IMG/VR virus record: IMGVR_UViG_3300043039_000148
Location: 1 to 28,194 of that record
From: a virus
Taxonomy: Duplodnaviria > Caudoviricetes
DNA: 28,194 nucleotides
Direction: 5' to 3' (one strand)
Position 1 is the first letter of the stretch. Every line of letters begins with the position of its first letter. This document shows, one piece after another, positions 17,830 through 26,078 of the stretch. Position numbers and translations under genes: made by a program. The notes below the pieces were generated by a model, which saw only the letters and a list, made by a program, of their open reading frames with translations, ran no database searches and was not told the origin of the DNA.

Positions 17830-18770
17830 CTACATTTAACTTTATGATAAAAATAAATGATGTGGATAAAACATCAAATATCTTAAAAAACTTTAAGTCA
17901 CTAAATATCACAGATAATGCAAATGATGAGAGTGATGAGTTAACACTTGAGATAAATGGAAGGTTTCAAAGACCAAAATATAAAGATGAAATCAAAGTTT
18001 ATTTAGGACCAAAAGATGATTTAGAGTATGTTGGACTTTTTAGAGTAGAAACTACAAGTAAAAGTTTAACGGCTCTTTCTATAAAAGCTACAGGTGTAAA
18101 TTTTGGAGATAATTTTAAAGTAAAAAGAAGTGTTACATATGAAAAACTATCTATAAAAGATATGGTTTCACAAGTAGCAAAAAGACACTCCCTAAAAGTA
18201 AAGAGTGATTTTGATTCTTTATTTATAAAAACACAATCCCAAACAAATGAAAGTGATATGAACTTTTTAAACCGTTTGGCCAAAGAATATAACGCAATAT
18301 TTAATGTGAAAAATGACACCTTGTATTTTATGCAAAAGATAAAAGAGAATAAAAAAAGTGATTCTTTACCATCATATACAATAGATGTAAATAAATGCAG
18401 CTCTATATCAATAGAACACTCAAATAAAACTCTTTATAACTCATGTGAGGTTAGTTGGCATGATACAAAAGAGAACAAAACCATAACAAAAACCATCCCA
18501 ACAAACGGAAGTGAACCTATACTAAAGTTTAATGGAAGTTTTCAAAATGAAGCAGAGGCAATAGAAAAAGCAAATGCCAAACTTCAAAGAGCAAATCAAG
18601 GATTGATAACTGGAAATTTATCAAAAATGGGTGAAGTAGTATATGCAGGTGGAAGTTTAAAATTACTAAATAATATAGATGATGATAATGAAGAGTATCA
18701 AATAACAAAAACACAATACACAATAAACAAACAAAGTGGTTGGACCACTAATATTGATTTTGAGAGGTAA
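17823..18770 (+). CDS. Baseplate hub, P2 gpD (late control D) family
   Basis: ITDN...ESDELTL, GLFRV, QTNESDMNFLNRLAKEY.A.F.VKND.L.F, SGWTT. Confidence 0.92.
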   Translation: MVATFNFMIKINDVDKTSNILKNFKSLNITDNANDESDELTLEINGRFQRPKYKDEIKVYLGPKDDLEYVGLFRVETTSKSLTALSIKATGVNFGDNFKVKRSVTYEKLSIKDMVSQVAKRHSLKVKSDFDSLFIKTQSQTNESDMNFLNRLAKEYNAIFNVKNDTLYFMQKIKENKKSDSLPSYTIDVNKCSSISIEHSNKTLYNSCEVSWHDTKENKTITKTIPTNGSEPILKFNGSFQNEAEAIEKANAKLQRANQGLITGNLSKMGEVVYAGGSLKLLNNIDDDNEEYQITKTQYTINKQSGWTTNIDFER

Positions 18771-18775
18771 AAATA

Positions 18776-19171
18776 GTGATAAGTAAAACATTAAGTTTTT
18801 TTAAAATAATAATTGACTTTAAGTGGATTTTCACTTTTATTACAACTTCGGGGATATTTTCAATAACTCATTTAGAATATGTCATGAAGTTTAATTTACA
18901 CATTCTTTTTACTGTGATTTTAGGAAATGTTTTAATCTTTTATATCCTATCAAAAAGAATAAATGAAACACAAAAAGAGCAAGATAAGCAAAGGCTTAAA
19001 GCTACAGTTGCAACTGCATTTAATGAGTTCAGTCAAATTGGAATTATTAATTTTGAAAGTACTGCACAATATATTTATGACTTAGAAAAAGAGAGAAAAA
19101 GACTTGGAGTAAATAGTTATACAGAAAAAAAGCTAAAAATATTACTTAGCAAAATTGATTTAACTAAATAA
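18776..19171 (+). CDS. Membrane protein at the start of the lysis module (holin/antiholin candidate)
   Basis: Two hydrophobic segments followed by a soluble C-terminus. GTG start after GAGG. Confidence 0.5.
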   Translation: MISKTLSFFKIIIDFKWIFTFITTSGIFSITHLEYVMKFNLHILFTVILGNVLIFYILSKRINETQKEQDKQRLKATVATAFNEFSQIGIINFESTAQYIYDLEKERKRLGVNSYTEKKLKILLSKIDLTK

Positions 19172-19180
19172 GGAGAGAAG

Positions 19181-19495
19181 ATGAAAAACATATCATGTGG
19201 GCTTAATGGCTGTACAGTCAGAAATATAACTAGAGTTTTATTTGACTTGATTATTTTTATAGTAACAATGACAATTTTTATGGAAGGGATTTATAACTCA
19301 TTTCCTAATCCTATTCAGTTAGTCATATTAAAAATGTTATTAGCTAGTTGGGGTGGACTTCATGCACACTACATGGGAAAAGCTTTTTTTACAAAGATAG
19401 ATTGGGATAAACCCTTAGTAGAACAAACAGGAGCTTATTATGCGAGGATTGCTTTATATATTGTTATTCCTTTGTGTTACTGCTTCGGCGGATAG
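19181..19495 (+). CDS. Putative holin
   Basis: 104 aa with about three hydrophobic segments, AGGAG RBS, directly upstream of and overlapping the endolysin. Confidence 0.6.
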   Translation: MKNISCGLNGCTVRNITRVLFDLIIFIVTMTIFMEGIYNSFPNPIQLVILKMLLASWGGLHAHYMGKAFFTKIDWDKPLVEQTGAYYARIALYIVIPLCYCFGG

Positions 19496-20030
19496 ATGCA
19501 ATAGTTATGTTCAAGAAGCAAGAAGGGCTCACTATAAAGTTTTTGGGCTTGATTACCCATATTGGTATGCAGTAGGTCAACTTAGACAAGAAAGCAATTG
19601 TCGTGATGTTATCAGTCGTGATGGAGTAGGAAGTCAAGGAGTTGCTCAAATTACTTATAGATGGTGGCAAGGCTTTTTATCCAAAAAAGGTATTGATAAT
19701 ATAAGTTCGATAAAAAATCAACTTCTAGCCCAAGCTTATATTATGCAAGATGCAAAGATACAAGCTTATAGCTCACATCTTTGGGTTGCATACCAAGTTT
19801 ATAATGGTGGAAGTCTAGTAAACAAAGAGATTACAAGAGCAAGAAATGAATTAGGTATAAGAGAAATACCACATGATATAGCAAAAGAGTACTGTAAAAG
19901 AAAAACTATCACTTTTAATAATGGTCAAAAGATAAATGCATGTGATATTAATTATGAATATAGTGAAAAGGTTTATGAATATGGTCAAAAATATAAACTC
20001 TTTTCAGATGGTAAATATAAATTTTGGTAA
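19440..20030 (+). CDS. Endolysin, lytic transglycosylase (SLT) fold, with N-terminal signal sequence
   Basis: QES catalytic motif, GVAQ and YNGG; hydrophobic N-terminus ending in ASA. Confidence 0.85.
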   Translation: MRGLLYILLFLCVTASADRCNSYVQEARRAHYKVFGLDYPYWYAVGQLRQESNCRDVISRDGVGSQGVAQITYRWWQGFLSKKGIDNISSIKNQLLAQAYIMQDAKIQAYSSHLWVAYQVYNGGSLVNKEITRARNELGIREIPHDIAKEYCKRKTITFNNGQKINACDINYEYSEKVYEYGQKYKLFSDGKYKFW

Positions 20031-20033
20031 GGA

Positions 20034-20465
20034 GTGAAGATGTGGGGAACAATAGTCAAAAGTGCTGTAGGATTTTTTAGTGGTTCATCCATATATCTAT
20101 ATTTAGCAATAGGTATTTTTATAGCTGCTATTGGTAGTGGATTTTATTATATGGATTACAAAATACAACAAAAAGATAAAACAATATTAGAGTATCAAGA
20201 TGCTTTAACATTTACAGGAACAGAACTAAATAAAACAATTCTGACAAATGAAGAAAATCAAAAAGAGTTTGATAAATATAAACTAGATCAAGAGAAAAGT
20301 ATAATAGCTCTTAGTGAACAACACAAAAAAGAGTTAAACGATGCAATTGCATATCAGAAAATAAAAGGAGAAATAACCCATGTTAAAAAAAATGATGATG
20401 CACCTACTGCCCCTATCCTTATTGATACTATTAACAGGCTGTGGGACCAAACAAATACCAACTAG
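20034..20465 (+). CDS. Inner-membrane spanin (Rz-like)
   Basis: Single N-terminal TM, coiled coil, and a 3' end overlapped by a lipoprotein gene. Confidence 0.75.
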   Translation: MKMWGTIVKSAVGFFSGSSIYLYLAIGIFIAAIGSGFYYMDYKIQQKDKTILEYQDALTFTGTELNKTILTNEENQKEFDKYKLDQEKSIIALSEQHKKELNDAIAYQKIKGEITHVKKNDDAPTAPILIDTINRLWDQTNTN

Positions 20466-20661
20466 AGTAGAAATAGTAACTAAAACTATCTATATAAAAC
20501 AAAAGATACCAGCTGAACTATTAGACTGTAAAGACTTGCCAAATAAAAAAGAGAACTATGCCATGCAAAGTGATACTGCTGCATTATTAACTTATGTTTG
20601 GGAAGTGGCTAATAGTTGTAAGGATAAGCTAGAGAGAGTTAAGTCGTTAGTGAAGGAATAA
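20392..20661 (+). CDS. Outer-membrane spanin lipoprotein (Rz1-like); start uncertain (20380-20398)
   Basis: Lipobox LLTGC, IPAELLDC and a further Cys near the C-terminus. Confidence 0.8.
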   Translation: MMMHLLPLSLLILLTGCGTKQIPTRVEIVTKTIYIKQKIPAELLDCKDLPNKKENYAMQSDTAALLTYVWEVANSCKDKLERVKSLVKE

Positions 20662-20683
20662 TAATTTCAAGACTGTTAAATTA

Positions 20684-20881
20684 TTATGAAGGTCTTTTCC
20701 ATAATTTGAGTTGCTCCCCCAACAATGGAGTTTTTTCCAATTTTGAAAGCCCTGAAGCAAGTTTTATTTCTATATCATAATTGGGATAAACTTTTTTCAT
20801 TTTAGCGATATTTTTTATAATTACTGGGCTTTTTAATTCATCTGCATTTTTACAGGAGTCGTTTTCTTCAAAATAGTTCAT
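20684..20881 (-). CDS. Hypothetical protein, 65 aa
   Basis: ATGA-coupled to the upstream 111-aa ORF. Confidence 0.55.
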   Translation of the reverse strand: MNYFEENDSCKNADELKSPVIIKNIAKMKKVYPNYDIEIKLASGLSKLEKTPLLGEQLKLWKRPS

Positions 20882-21213
20882 ATATTTTCCTTATATAAGA
20901 TTGACAAATTAAATATTTTTTCTCTTTTGTTTAATGATACTCCCTTAGATTCAAGAAGAAGTTTTATAACATTGTAAATAGGATTTATTAAATCATCAAC
21001 CTCTTTATGCCAAAGATTTATTTTATATTCTAAACCGAAGTGAATTAAAAATCCTTTACAATCGTTGAAAATAAATCTATATATATCTACTTCCCTATTT
21101 TCTTTATCTGTGAAATCATTTGTTTGTTTATAAATGATTTTACCACCACTATACTTAATAAATTTTGAGTTTGGTCTAAATGTCTGAAATAATATTTCTA
21201 ATTTTTGATTCAT
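20878..21213 (-). CDS. Hypothetical protein, 111 aa
   Basis: GGAGG RBS; downstream of and co-oriented with the integrase. Confidence 0.65.
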   Translation of the reverse strand: MNQKLEILFQTFRPNSKFIKYSGGKIIYKQTNDFTDKENREVDIYRFIFNDCKGFLIHFGLEYKINLWHKEVDDLINPIYNVIKLLLESKGVSLNKREKIFNLSILYKENI

Positions 21214-21257
21214 TTTAATTATCCTCCACTAAACTTTTTACTTTTCTCTAACCTATT

Positions 21258-22511
21258 CTAACCTATGGTTACACCTCTTTCTTTAAAGCCTGTAAGATAC
21301 ATTAAACTCATGAGCCAATTCTCATACCAGGTGAAAAGTTCTCTTTTTTCATCTAGGTATTTAAAAACATAACTTCTATTGTAAGCTGCTTTTATTTTAT
21401 TTTGTTCTGTATGTGATAGACATGCTTCGATAATATCTTCATTAAATTTGTGTTCATTCATCATATCATATGCATTTGTCGAAAAGGTAGACCTAAAACC
21501 ATGTACAGTGTGTAAGCCTTTGTACCCCATTCTTTTAAGTGCTGCATTTAATGTATTATCGCTTAGTGGTTTGTTCTTATTCAAAGGACTTGGAAATACA
21601 TAGTTAGAATCCCTATACTCAATTTGCATAGCCTCTTTTAACTTCTCAATAACAAAATCGCCAATAGGCAAGATAAAGTCCTCATTTGTTTTCATCTTTT
21701 CAGCTTCAATATATATGTATTTTTCTTCAAAATTTATCTCTTTTTTTTCAAGTGCTCTTATGTTGTAAGGTCGTAATGCCAAAAATGCACTTATCTCTAA
21801 TGCAATTGCTACTCCTAAATCTATTGCATAATCATTTCTATAATTCATAATATTTTTCATAAGTTTGGAAACATCATCTTTTTTGGTAAGAGCAGGGAAG
21901 TGTTTATTTCTTGATTTTTTTAGAATAGATGCATTATCAATATCCGCGATAATATTATGCTTTGTCATTTTCTTAGTAACTGCATATTTAAACACTCTTG
22001 AAAGTTGTGGCAGTAGTCTATTTGCTGTTTCATCTGCTCCTCGCTCTTGTATTCTTTCTATATCATTTATTATATCTGTAGATTCTATCTTATCTATTGG
22101 AAGAGTTCCTGAGTAAGGTCTTATGTTTTTATCAAAGATGATTTTATTTTTTTTATAAGTTACTTCACTCCAACTATCTTTAGTCAGTTTTAGCCATATA
22201 TCAATTACATCATTTAAAGTTAAAAGTGCTTCACTTTTTTTACTAGCAATTCGTGGATCTATTCCATCATTTATTTTTTTATTAGCTTCATCCCTTTTAA
22301 GTCTAGCTTCTGCAAGAGTAGTTTGTGGATATTTACCAAAACTTATTGTTGATTTTTTATTATTGTATTTAAATTCCAATCTAAAAAGCTTACTTCCATT
22401 TGATTTGATTAATAGATGTAAACCATTTCCATCATAAAGTTTGTAATCTTTATCTTTAGCCTTGGCTGTCTTTATTTCTCTATCGCTTAGAGGTTTGATT
22501 ATTCGGGGCAT
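21258..22511 (-). CDS. int: Tyrosine integrase, P4/IntA type with arm-binding domain
   Basis: PLSDREIKTAK..DKDYKLYDG.GL, G.YP..TLAEAR; catalytic motifs LALRP, HGFR, LSH and AAYNR. Confidence 0.96.
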   Translation of the reverse strand: MPRIIKPLSDREIKTAKAKDKDYKLYDGNGLHLLIKSNGSKLFRLEFKYNNKKSTISFGKYPQTTLAEARLKRDEANKKINDGIDPRIASKKSEALLTLNDVIDIWLKLTKDSWSEVTYKKNKIIFDKNIRPYSGTLPIDKIESTDIINDIERIQERGADETANRLLPQLSRVFKYAVTKKMTKHNIIADIDNASILKKSRNKHFPALTKKDDVSKLMKNIMNYRNDYAIDLGVAIALEISAFLALRPYNIRALEKKEINFEEKYIYIEAEKMKTNEDFILPIGDFVIEKLKEAMQIEYRDSNYVFPSPLNKNKPLSDNTLNAALKRMGYKGLHTVHGFRSTFSTNAYDMMNEHKFNEDIIEACLSHTEQNKIKAAYNRSYVFKYLDEKRELFTWYENWLMSLMYLTGFKERGVTIG

Positions 22512-22522
22512 TTAAAACCTTT

Positions 22523-22803
22523 TGACAGTAGCATTTTAAAATAGTACTGTTATTCTTTTTACAAAATATAAAAAGTACTGTTATTGTACTGTTAAAAGTT
22601 TTAAATTAATATTTATTAGTATTTATAGTTATTTACAGTTAGGCAAGTAAAACCCCTATTTTATAGGGCTTTATTTACAGTTATTTAGAGTTATTTTTTA
22701 TTCATTGGTGGAGATGTGGGGAATTTAATCACATCAATTTAAACCCTATTATATGGCTTTATCTTTATTCTAATTATTGAGGGTACTGTTAAAAGTACTG
22801 TCA
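22523..22803. mobile_element. attP region with arm-type repeats on both sides of the core
   Basis: GTACTGTYA at 22544, 22575, 22586, 22783 and 22795, an inverted variant at 22523-22531, and 10-bp TATTTANAGT tandem units at about 22610-22640 and 22671-22696. Confidence 0.8.
22706..22724 (-). other. att core: copy of a tmRNA (ssrA) 3' end
   Basis: The minus strand reads ATTCCCCACATCTCCACCA: 3' half of a T-arm, acceptor strand CATCTCC (complement of a GGGGATG 5' end with a G3:U70 pair) and ACCA. The rest of the RNA gene is absent. Confidence 0.8.
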
Positions 22804-23018
22804 TTATTTCTTTGTTTTTCTGCATTTTGTTTCACCCAAAGGTCAATTTCATCTGTTAGAAAAAGATTTTTCACACCCTCTTTAATTGGATTCGGAAAAG
22901 TGGGATCGAAGTCTTTATTTTTTGGGTTAAGTTTATTATATATTGTTGGAGCTGAAACTCCTATATATAAACATAAATTTTGGATTGATAACCTTATTGG
23001 TCTTATTGGTGCTGACAT
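22770..23018 (-). CDS. AlpA-family excisionase / recombination directionality factor
   Basis: IGVSAPTIYNKLNPK..DFDPTFP.PI......F..DEIDLWV; adjacent to attP. Confidence 0.88.
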   Translation of the reverse strand: MSAPIRPIRLSIQNLCLYIGVSAPTIYNKLNPKNKDFDPTFPNPIKEGVKNLFLTDEIDLWVKQNAEKQRNNDSTFNSTLNN

Positions 23019-23410
23019 TTTGATTCCTCCAATAACTCTTTGTTTTCGTATATGTTGCCAAGTCTTTTATATTTATTTCTGAGTATATCTCTATTAAAAT
23101 ATTCCCATCTTTCATCCTCAAAATCTACACTTTGTAAAACAAAACTACTATCTATATAAACTACTTTTGCAATATCATCAAAAAAGATACTTTTTTTATC
23201 TTTCACTAGTACTAAATCAAAGGTACATAGTTCATTATTATCTTCATCAAATCTATTTATAAACTGACAGACTTTAACCAATTTAAAACTACATGGTATA
23301 TTATTTGTAAAGGCTTTTAATTGCCCGTTTTCAATCTCTTTAAGAGTTAGTATTATGTTTTTAAACTCTTTGCCATTACTGAATATGTATTTAAATTTAA
23401 TTGGTTTCAT
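23003..23410 (-). CDS. YopX-family phage protein
   Basis: MKPIKFK, CQF....D....EL...DLV, LGNIYENKELLE. Confidence 0.8.
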   Translation of the reverse strand: MKPIKFKYIFSNGKEFKNIILTLKEIENGQLKAFTNNIPCSFKLVKVCQFINRFDEDNNELCTFDLVLVKDKKSIFFDDIAKVVYIDSSFVLQSVDFEDERWEYFNRDILRNKYKRLGNIYENKELLEESKCQHQ

Positions 23411-23811
23411 TTTTGGATTCCTATTATTTTTAAATCTTCTTTTCTATAATGGTAGTCTTCCCCATTAATTAAAAAACTGTAATCCATACCGCTTAAACTA
23501 TTAAAGGTTGTAGTTACTTTTATCTTTTTTGTATTGGAATTCGATTTATTTCTCTCTATTGTTTCTAACATATCTCCACCCTTACCACTTTTATTAAATG
23601 AAGCAAATATTTTATTTCCTTGACTGTCTAGCATATTCTCAAAATGAATACTTTTTGTGTCCTCTTTAATAGAAAACATATCTCCATTTTCAGTAAGTAT
23701 ATAATTACCATTAAACCCATATCCAATAATGTATTCATTTCCATTAAAATCTTCCAAAGATAAATGTTCCATGTCATTAAAATCTAATTCTGCTCTAACT
23801 AATATTTTCAT
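23407..23811 (-). CDS. Hypothetical protein, YopX-like
   Basis: DSQGNKIF...GDML and a KIIG terminus; ATGA-coupled to the next gene. Confidence 0.55.
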   Translation of the reverse strand: MKILVRAELDFNDMEHLSLEDFNGNEYIIGYGFNGNYILTENGDMFSIKEDTKSIHFENMLDSQGNKIFASFNKSGKGGDMLETIERNKSNSNTKKIKVTTTFNSLSGMDYSFLINGEDYHYRKEDLKIIGIQK

Positions 23812-23823
23812 TTCTCTATCTCC

Positions 23824-24393
23824 TTAATATCCAAGTTCATTAAAAACTTGTTTTAGTTTTTTGTTATAGTAATTTATCCGTTCTTCATAAGGATAATCAG
23901 GCAGTTTTGCCAACAGTCCTGTTGTTACTTTTTCAAACTCTAAAGTAAAGTCAAGATTTAATCTTCTTTCGATGATGATTTCACCTTTATACTTTTTAAG
24001 TCCAAAGGAGTAACCCTTTGACCTCCACCTTGCTTTGTTTGGATTTAGACAGTCTTTTATATGGTTTCTGCATAATCCTAATTTGTTTGCTGCATCATTG
24101 ATACTTCTATAAGTTCCAATAGGTGTTTTAGCCTTGCCTTTATAGACAACAATCTCTTTTGCATGAGGTTGTACTCTATGCTTGACCTTTTCATATTCAG
24201 GCATGATATAGTTTCTCTTGCCTTTTATTTTTATGCCATGTTTCTTTTTGCTTAAATCGTATCTATCAATAAGGTCTTGAATATAGCTAGGCTTTACTTT
24301 TCTAAGTGCGGCCATTTCATCTGCTGTTTTCTCTTCTTGCCAATATTTCTTTTTTATCCATTCTTTAGATATTGGTTTTGGGAATAGGCTCAT
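23824..24393 (-). CDS. Basic DNA-binding protein with NUMOD1-like domain
   Basis: IGTYRSINDAANKLGL...HIKDCL........KGYSF, plus an N-terminal HTH-like segment. No HNH or GIY-YIG motif seen. Confidence 0.65.
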   Translation of the reverse strand: MSLFPKPISKEWIKKKYWQEEKTADEMAALRKVKPSYIQDLIDRYDLSKKKHGIKIKGKRNYIMPEYEKVKHRVQPHAKEIVVYKGKAKTPIGTYRSINDAANKLGLCRNHIKDCLNPNKARWRSKGYSFGLKKYKGEIIIERRLNLDFTLEFEKVTTGLLAKLPDYPYEERINYYNKKLKQVFNELGY

Positions 24394-24447
24394 AGTTATC
24401 CTTTATATTCCAGTTCATTCGCTTTGGCGAATGGTTAATGATGTTGT

Positions 24448-24699
24448 TTAAAATAGTGTTGGTTGTATGGTTTTAAATGGTTTAGGCTCAATAGATGACC
24501 TAACAAAGCATCTTGAATGAGCTCCATTTTTATCACCCCAATAAAGGACAAAACCTTCTTGTATTCTTTCACACCAATGATTGGTCATAGAATGAGGCAA
24601 TTCTAGTTCTTCATCGATATGCATATCATACATTTTGTCAAGAATATCATCTGAATATCCACCAAATCCTACTTGTTTAATTCTTTCTTCTCTTGTCAT
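24448..24699 (-). CDS. Hypothetical protein, 83 aa
   Basis: AAGGA RBS. The C-terminal QPTLF resembles a beta-clamp-binding motif (QxxLF). Confidence 0.65.
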   Translation of the reverse strand: MTREERIKQVGFGGYSDDILDKMYDMHIDEELELPHSMTNHWCERIQEGFVLYWGDKNGAHSRCFVRSSIEPKPFKTIQPTLF

Positions 24700-24805
24700 A
24701 ATGCTTTTCCTTGTAAATTTTGAAATTCTTTTTTAAATTAAGATTACTTTCATATACAAATTTTACATTTATCTATAATAAATATTTTGTAAGAAGGAAA
24801 CCTTA

Positions 24806-24868
24806 ATGAATAAAATTGTCATTGTCTTAATAGTAATTTCTATAATTTTAGTTACACCAATTTATTAA
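24806..24868 (+). CDS. Hydrophobic micropeptide, 20 aa (MNKIVIVLIVISIILVTPIY)
   Basis: TATAAT at 24774-24779, AAGGA RBS 7 nt before the ATG, and a short GGATTT/AAATCC hairpin downstream. Confidence 0.5.
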   Translation: MNKIVIVLIVISIILVTPIY

Positions 24869-25035
24869 TATAAAAATTTAGGATTTAACAAATCCCCTAC
24901 CCCCAAATTGTTTAAGGGTTTTGTAAAATCAAATAAGAGAGTGTTTTTGTAATACTGGTTTGTATTAGCAACACCTTACATGCGATTTTCACTAAGTGAA
25001 TTTAGAATGTAGTAAATATTTTGAAAGGAGTTATC

Positions 25036-25077
25036 ATGTGGTTAAAGATATGGATTAAAATTATCATTTTGAAATAG
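25036..25077 (+). CDS. Micropeptide, 13 aa (MWLKIWIKIIILK)
   Basis: AAAGGAG RBS 5 nt before the ATG, TAGAAT at 25003-25008, and a hairpin directly after the stop. Confidence 0.5.
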   Translation: MWLKIWIKIIILK

Positions 25078-25097
25078 AGCAGGGGTTTCCTGCTTTA
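25078..25097 (+). terminator. Hairpin terminator between the micropeptide and the convergent methyltransferase
   Basis: AGCAGG-GGTTT-CCTGCT followed by TTATT. Confidence 0.55.
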
Positions 25098-26006
25098 TTC
25101 AAATAGTCCAACACGTCCACTCGCCTTTATTACTCTTTCTGTTGCTATTTCTGCCCAAGGTCTTTTGGTATCTTCATCTATTCCATTATCAAAGCCTATA
25201 AAATTTCTATTATTAGCTTGACACTCAACTGCAGTTGTTCCACTACCCATACAATTATCTCCTACCAAATCACCCTCATTAGTAAAAGTTAGAATTATAT
25301 ATTTTAATAATGCTCTTGGTTTTTGTGTTGGGTGATAGTGTTCTTTTTGCTTATCGGTTGCAAACTTTAAAACAGTTCTTGGAAATCTTTCAGTACTGCA
25401 GTAATCTTTTAAATGTATAACTTTTCCATATGTAGTACTCGGTTTACATTTTGCCTTACTCTCTTTTTTACTCTCTTTCTTATGCCCTTTAGTTTTTATA
25501 GGGTTATAAGTTGGAAGTTTTTTATAAAAAACTAATATATTTTCATGTGCTCTTAATGGCATTTTTGAAGCATTTAAAAAACCTTGTGCTTGTGTCTTTT
25601 CCCAAATGATTTCATATCTAAAGTCTTTAGGATTTGAATTAATCAAATAAGTTGTAAATGGTTGTTGAGAAAAAAGGAGTACCACACCATCATCTTTTAA
25701 AACTCTATTATAGTGATGCCATAAACCTTTTTTTGAATATCTTTTCCATATCTTGTTTGCTGATTCAATAGGTCTACCTTTTTTATAGCAATAAAGAAAA
25801 AAATCATCCTTATTAAAAACTTTCTTTTTTATCTTTATATGGTCATTCATTTCAATAATAACATCCCATTTATTATTAGTAGTTCCAAAAGGTAAATCAC
25901 ATATAATTGCAGCCATAGAACCACTTGCAACTCTATTAAATCCTATCCTGCAATCTTCATTATATATTTTATTAATTTCCATTGTAGGTGGTTGATTCAC
26001 ACTCAT
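25095..26006 (-). CDS. DNA methyltransferase, N6-adenine/N4-cytosine, beta class (no cognate REase in window)
   Basis: Motif IV variant DLPF near the N-terminus, HENILVFYK, HPTQKP, and motif I DNCMGSGTT near the C-terminus. Confidence 0.93.
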   Translation of the reverse strand: MSVNQPPTMEINKIYNEDCRIGFNRVASGSMAAIICDLPFGTTNNKWDVIIEMNDHIKIKKKVFNKDDFFLYCYKKGRPIESANKIWKRYSKKGLWHHYNRVLKDDGVVLLFSQQPFTTYLINSNPKDFRYEIIWEKTQAQGFLNASKMPLRAHENILVFYKKLPTYNPIKTKGHKKESKKESKAKCKPSTTYGKVIHLKDYCSTERFPRTVLKFATDKQKEHYHPTQKPRALLKYIILTFTNEGDLVGDNCMGSGTTAVECQANNRNFIGFDNGIDEDTKRPWAEIATERVIKASGRVGLFE

Positions 26007-26036
26007 ACTTTCCCTTTCTCTCTAATTTCCAGACAT

Positions 26037-26067
26037 AAAAAAAGGCACAACCTAAGTCATGCCTTTT
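26037..26067 (-). terminator. Rho-independent terminator upstream of the methyltransferase
   Basis: The minus strand reads AAAAGGCATGAC-TTAG-GTTGTGCC followed by TTTTTTT. Confidence 0.75.
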
Positions 26068-26078
26068 AATACCTCAAT

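Noticed and set aside
3490-18770. Lambda-like head joined to a P2-like contractile tail as a novelty
   Set aside because: This mosaic, including the protease-capsid fusion, is a known architecture among temperate phages.
199-22116. Opposite-strand and off-frame ORFs in the track (e.g. 774-1193, 5087-5416, 6652-7023, 13376-13798, 16676-16873, 17999-18319, 21865-22116)
   Set aside because: They are shadows of well-supported genes, with no RBS or recognisable motifs.
22540-22700. Short repeats as a CRISPR array or replication iterons
   Set aside because: Units are 9-10 bp with no unique spacers and no cas or rep gene nearby. They are better explained as att recombination sites.
22640-22800. 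Complete tRNA or tmRNA gene
   Set aside because: Only the last ~19 nt are present, with no GGTTC T-arm 5' half or acceptor 5' strand.
23824-24393. Homing endonuclease
   Set aside because: A NUMOD1-like segment is present, but no HNH or GIY-YIG catalytic motif was found.
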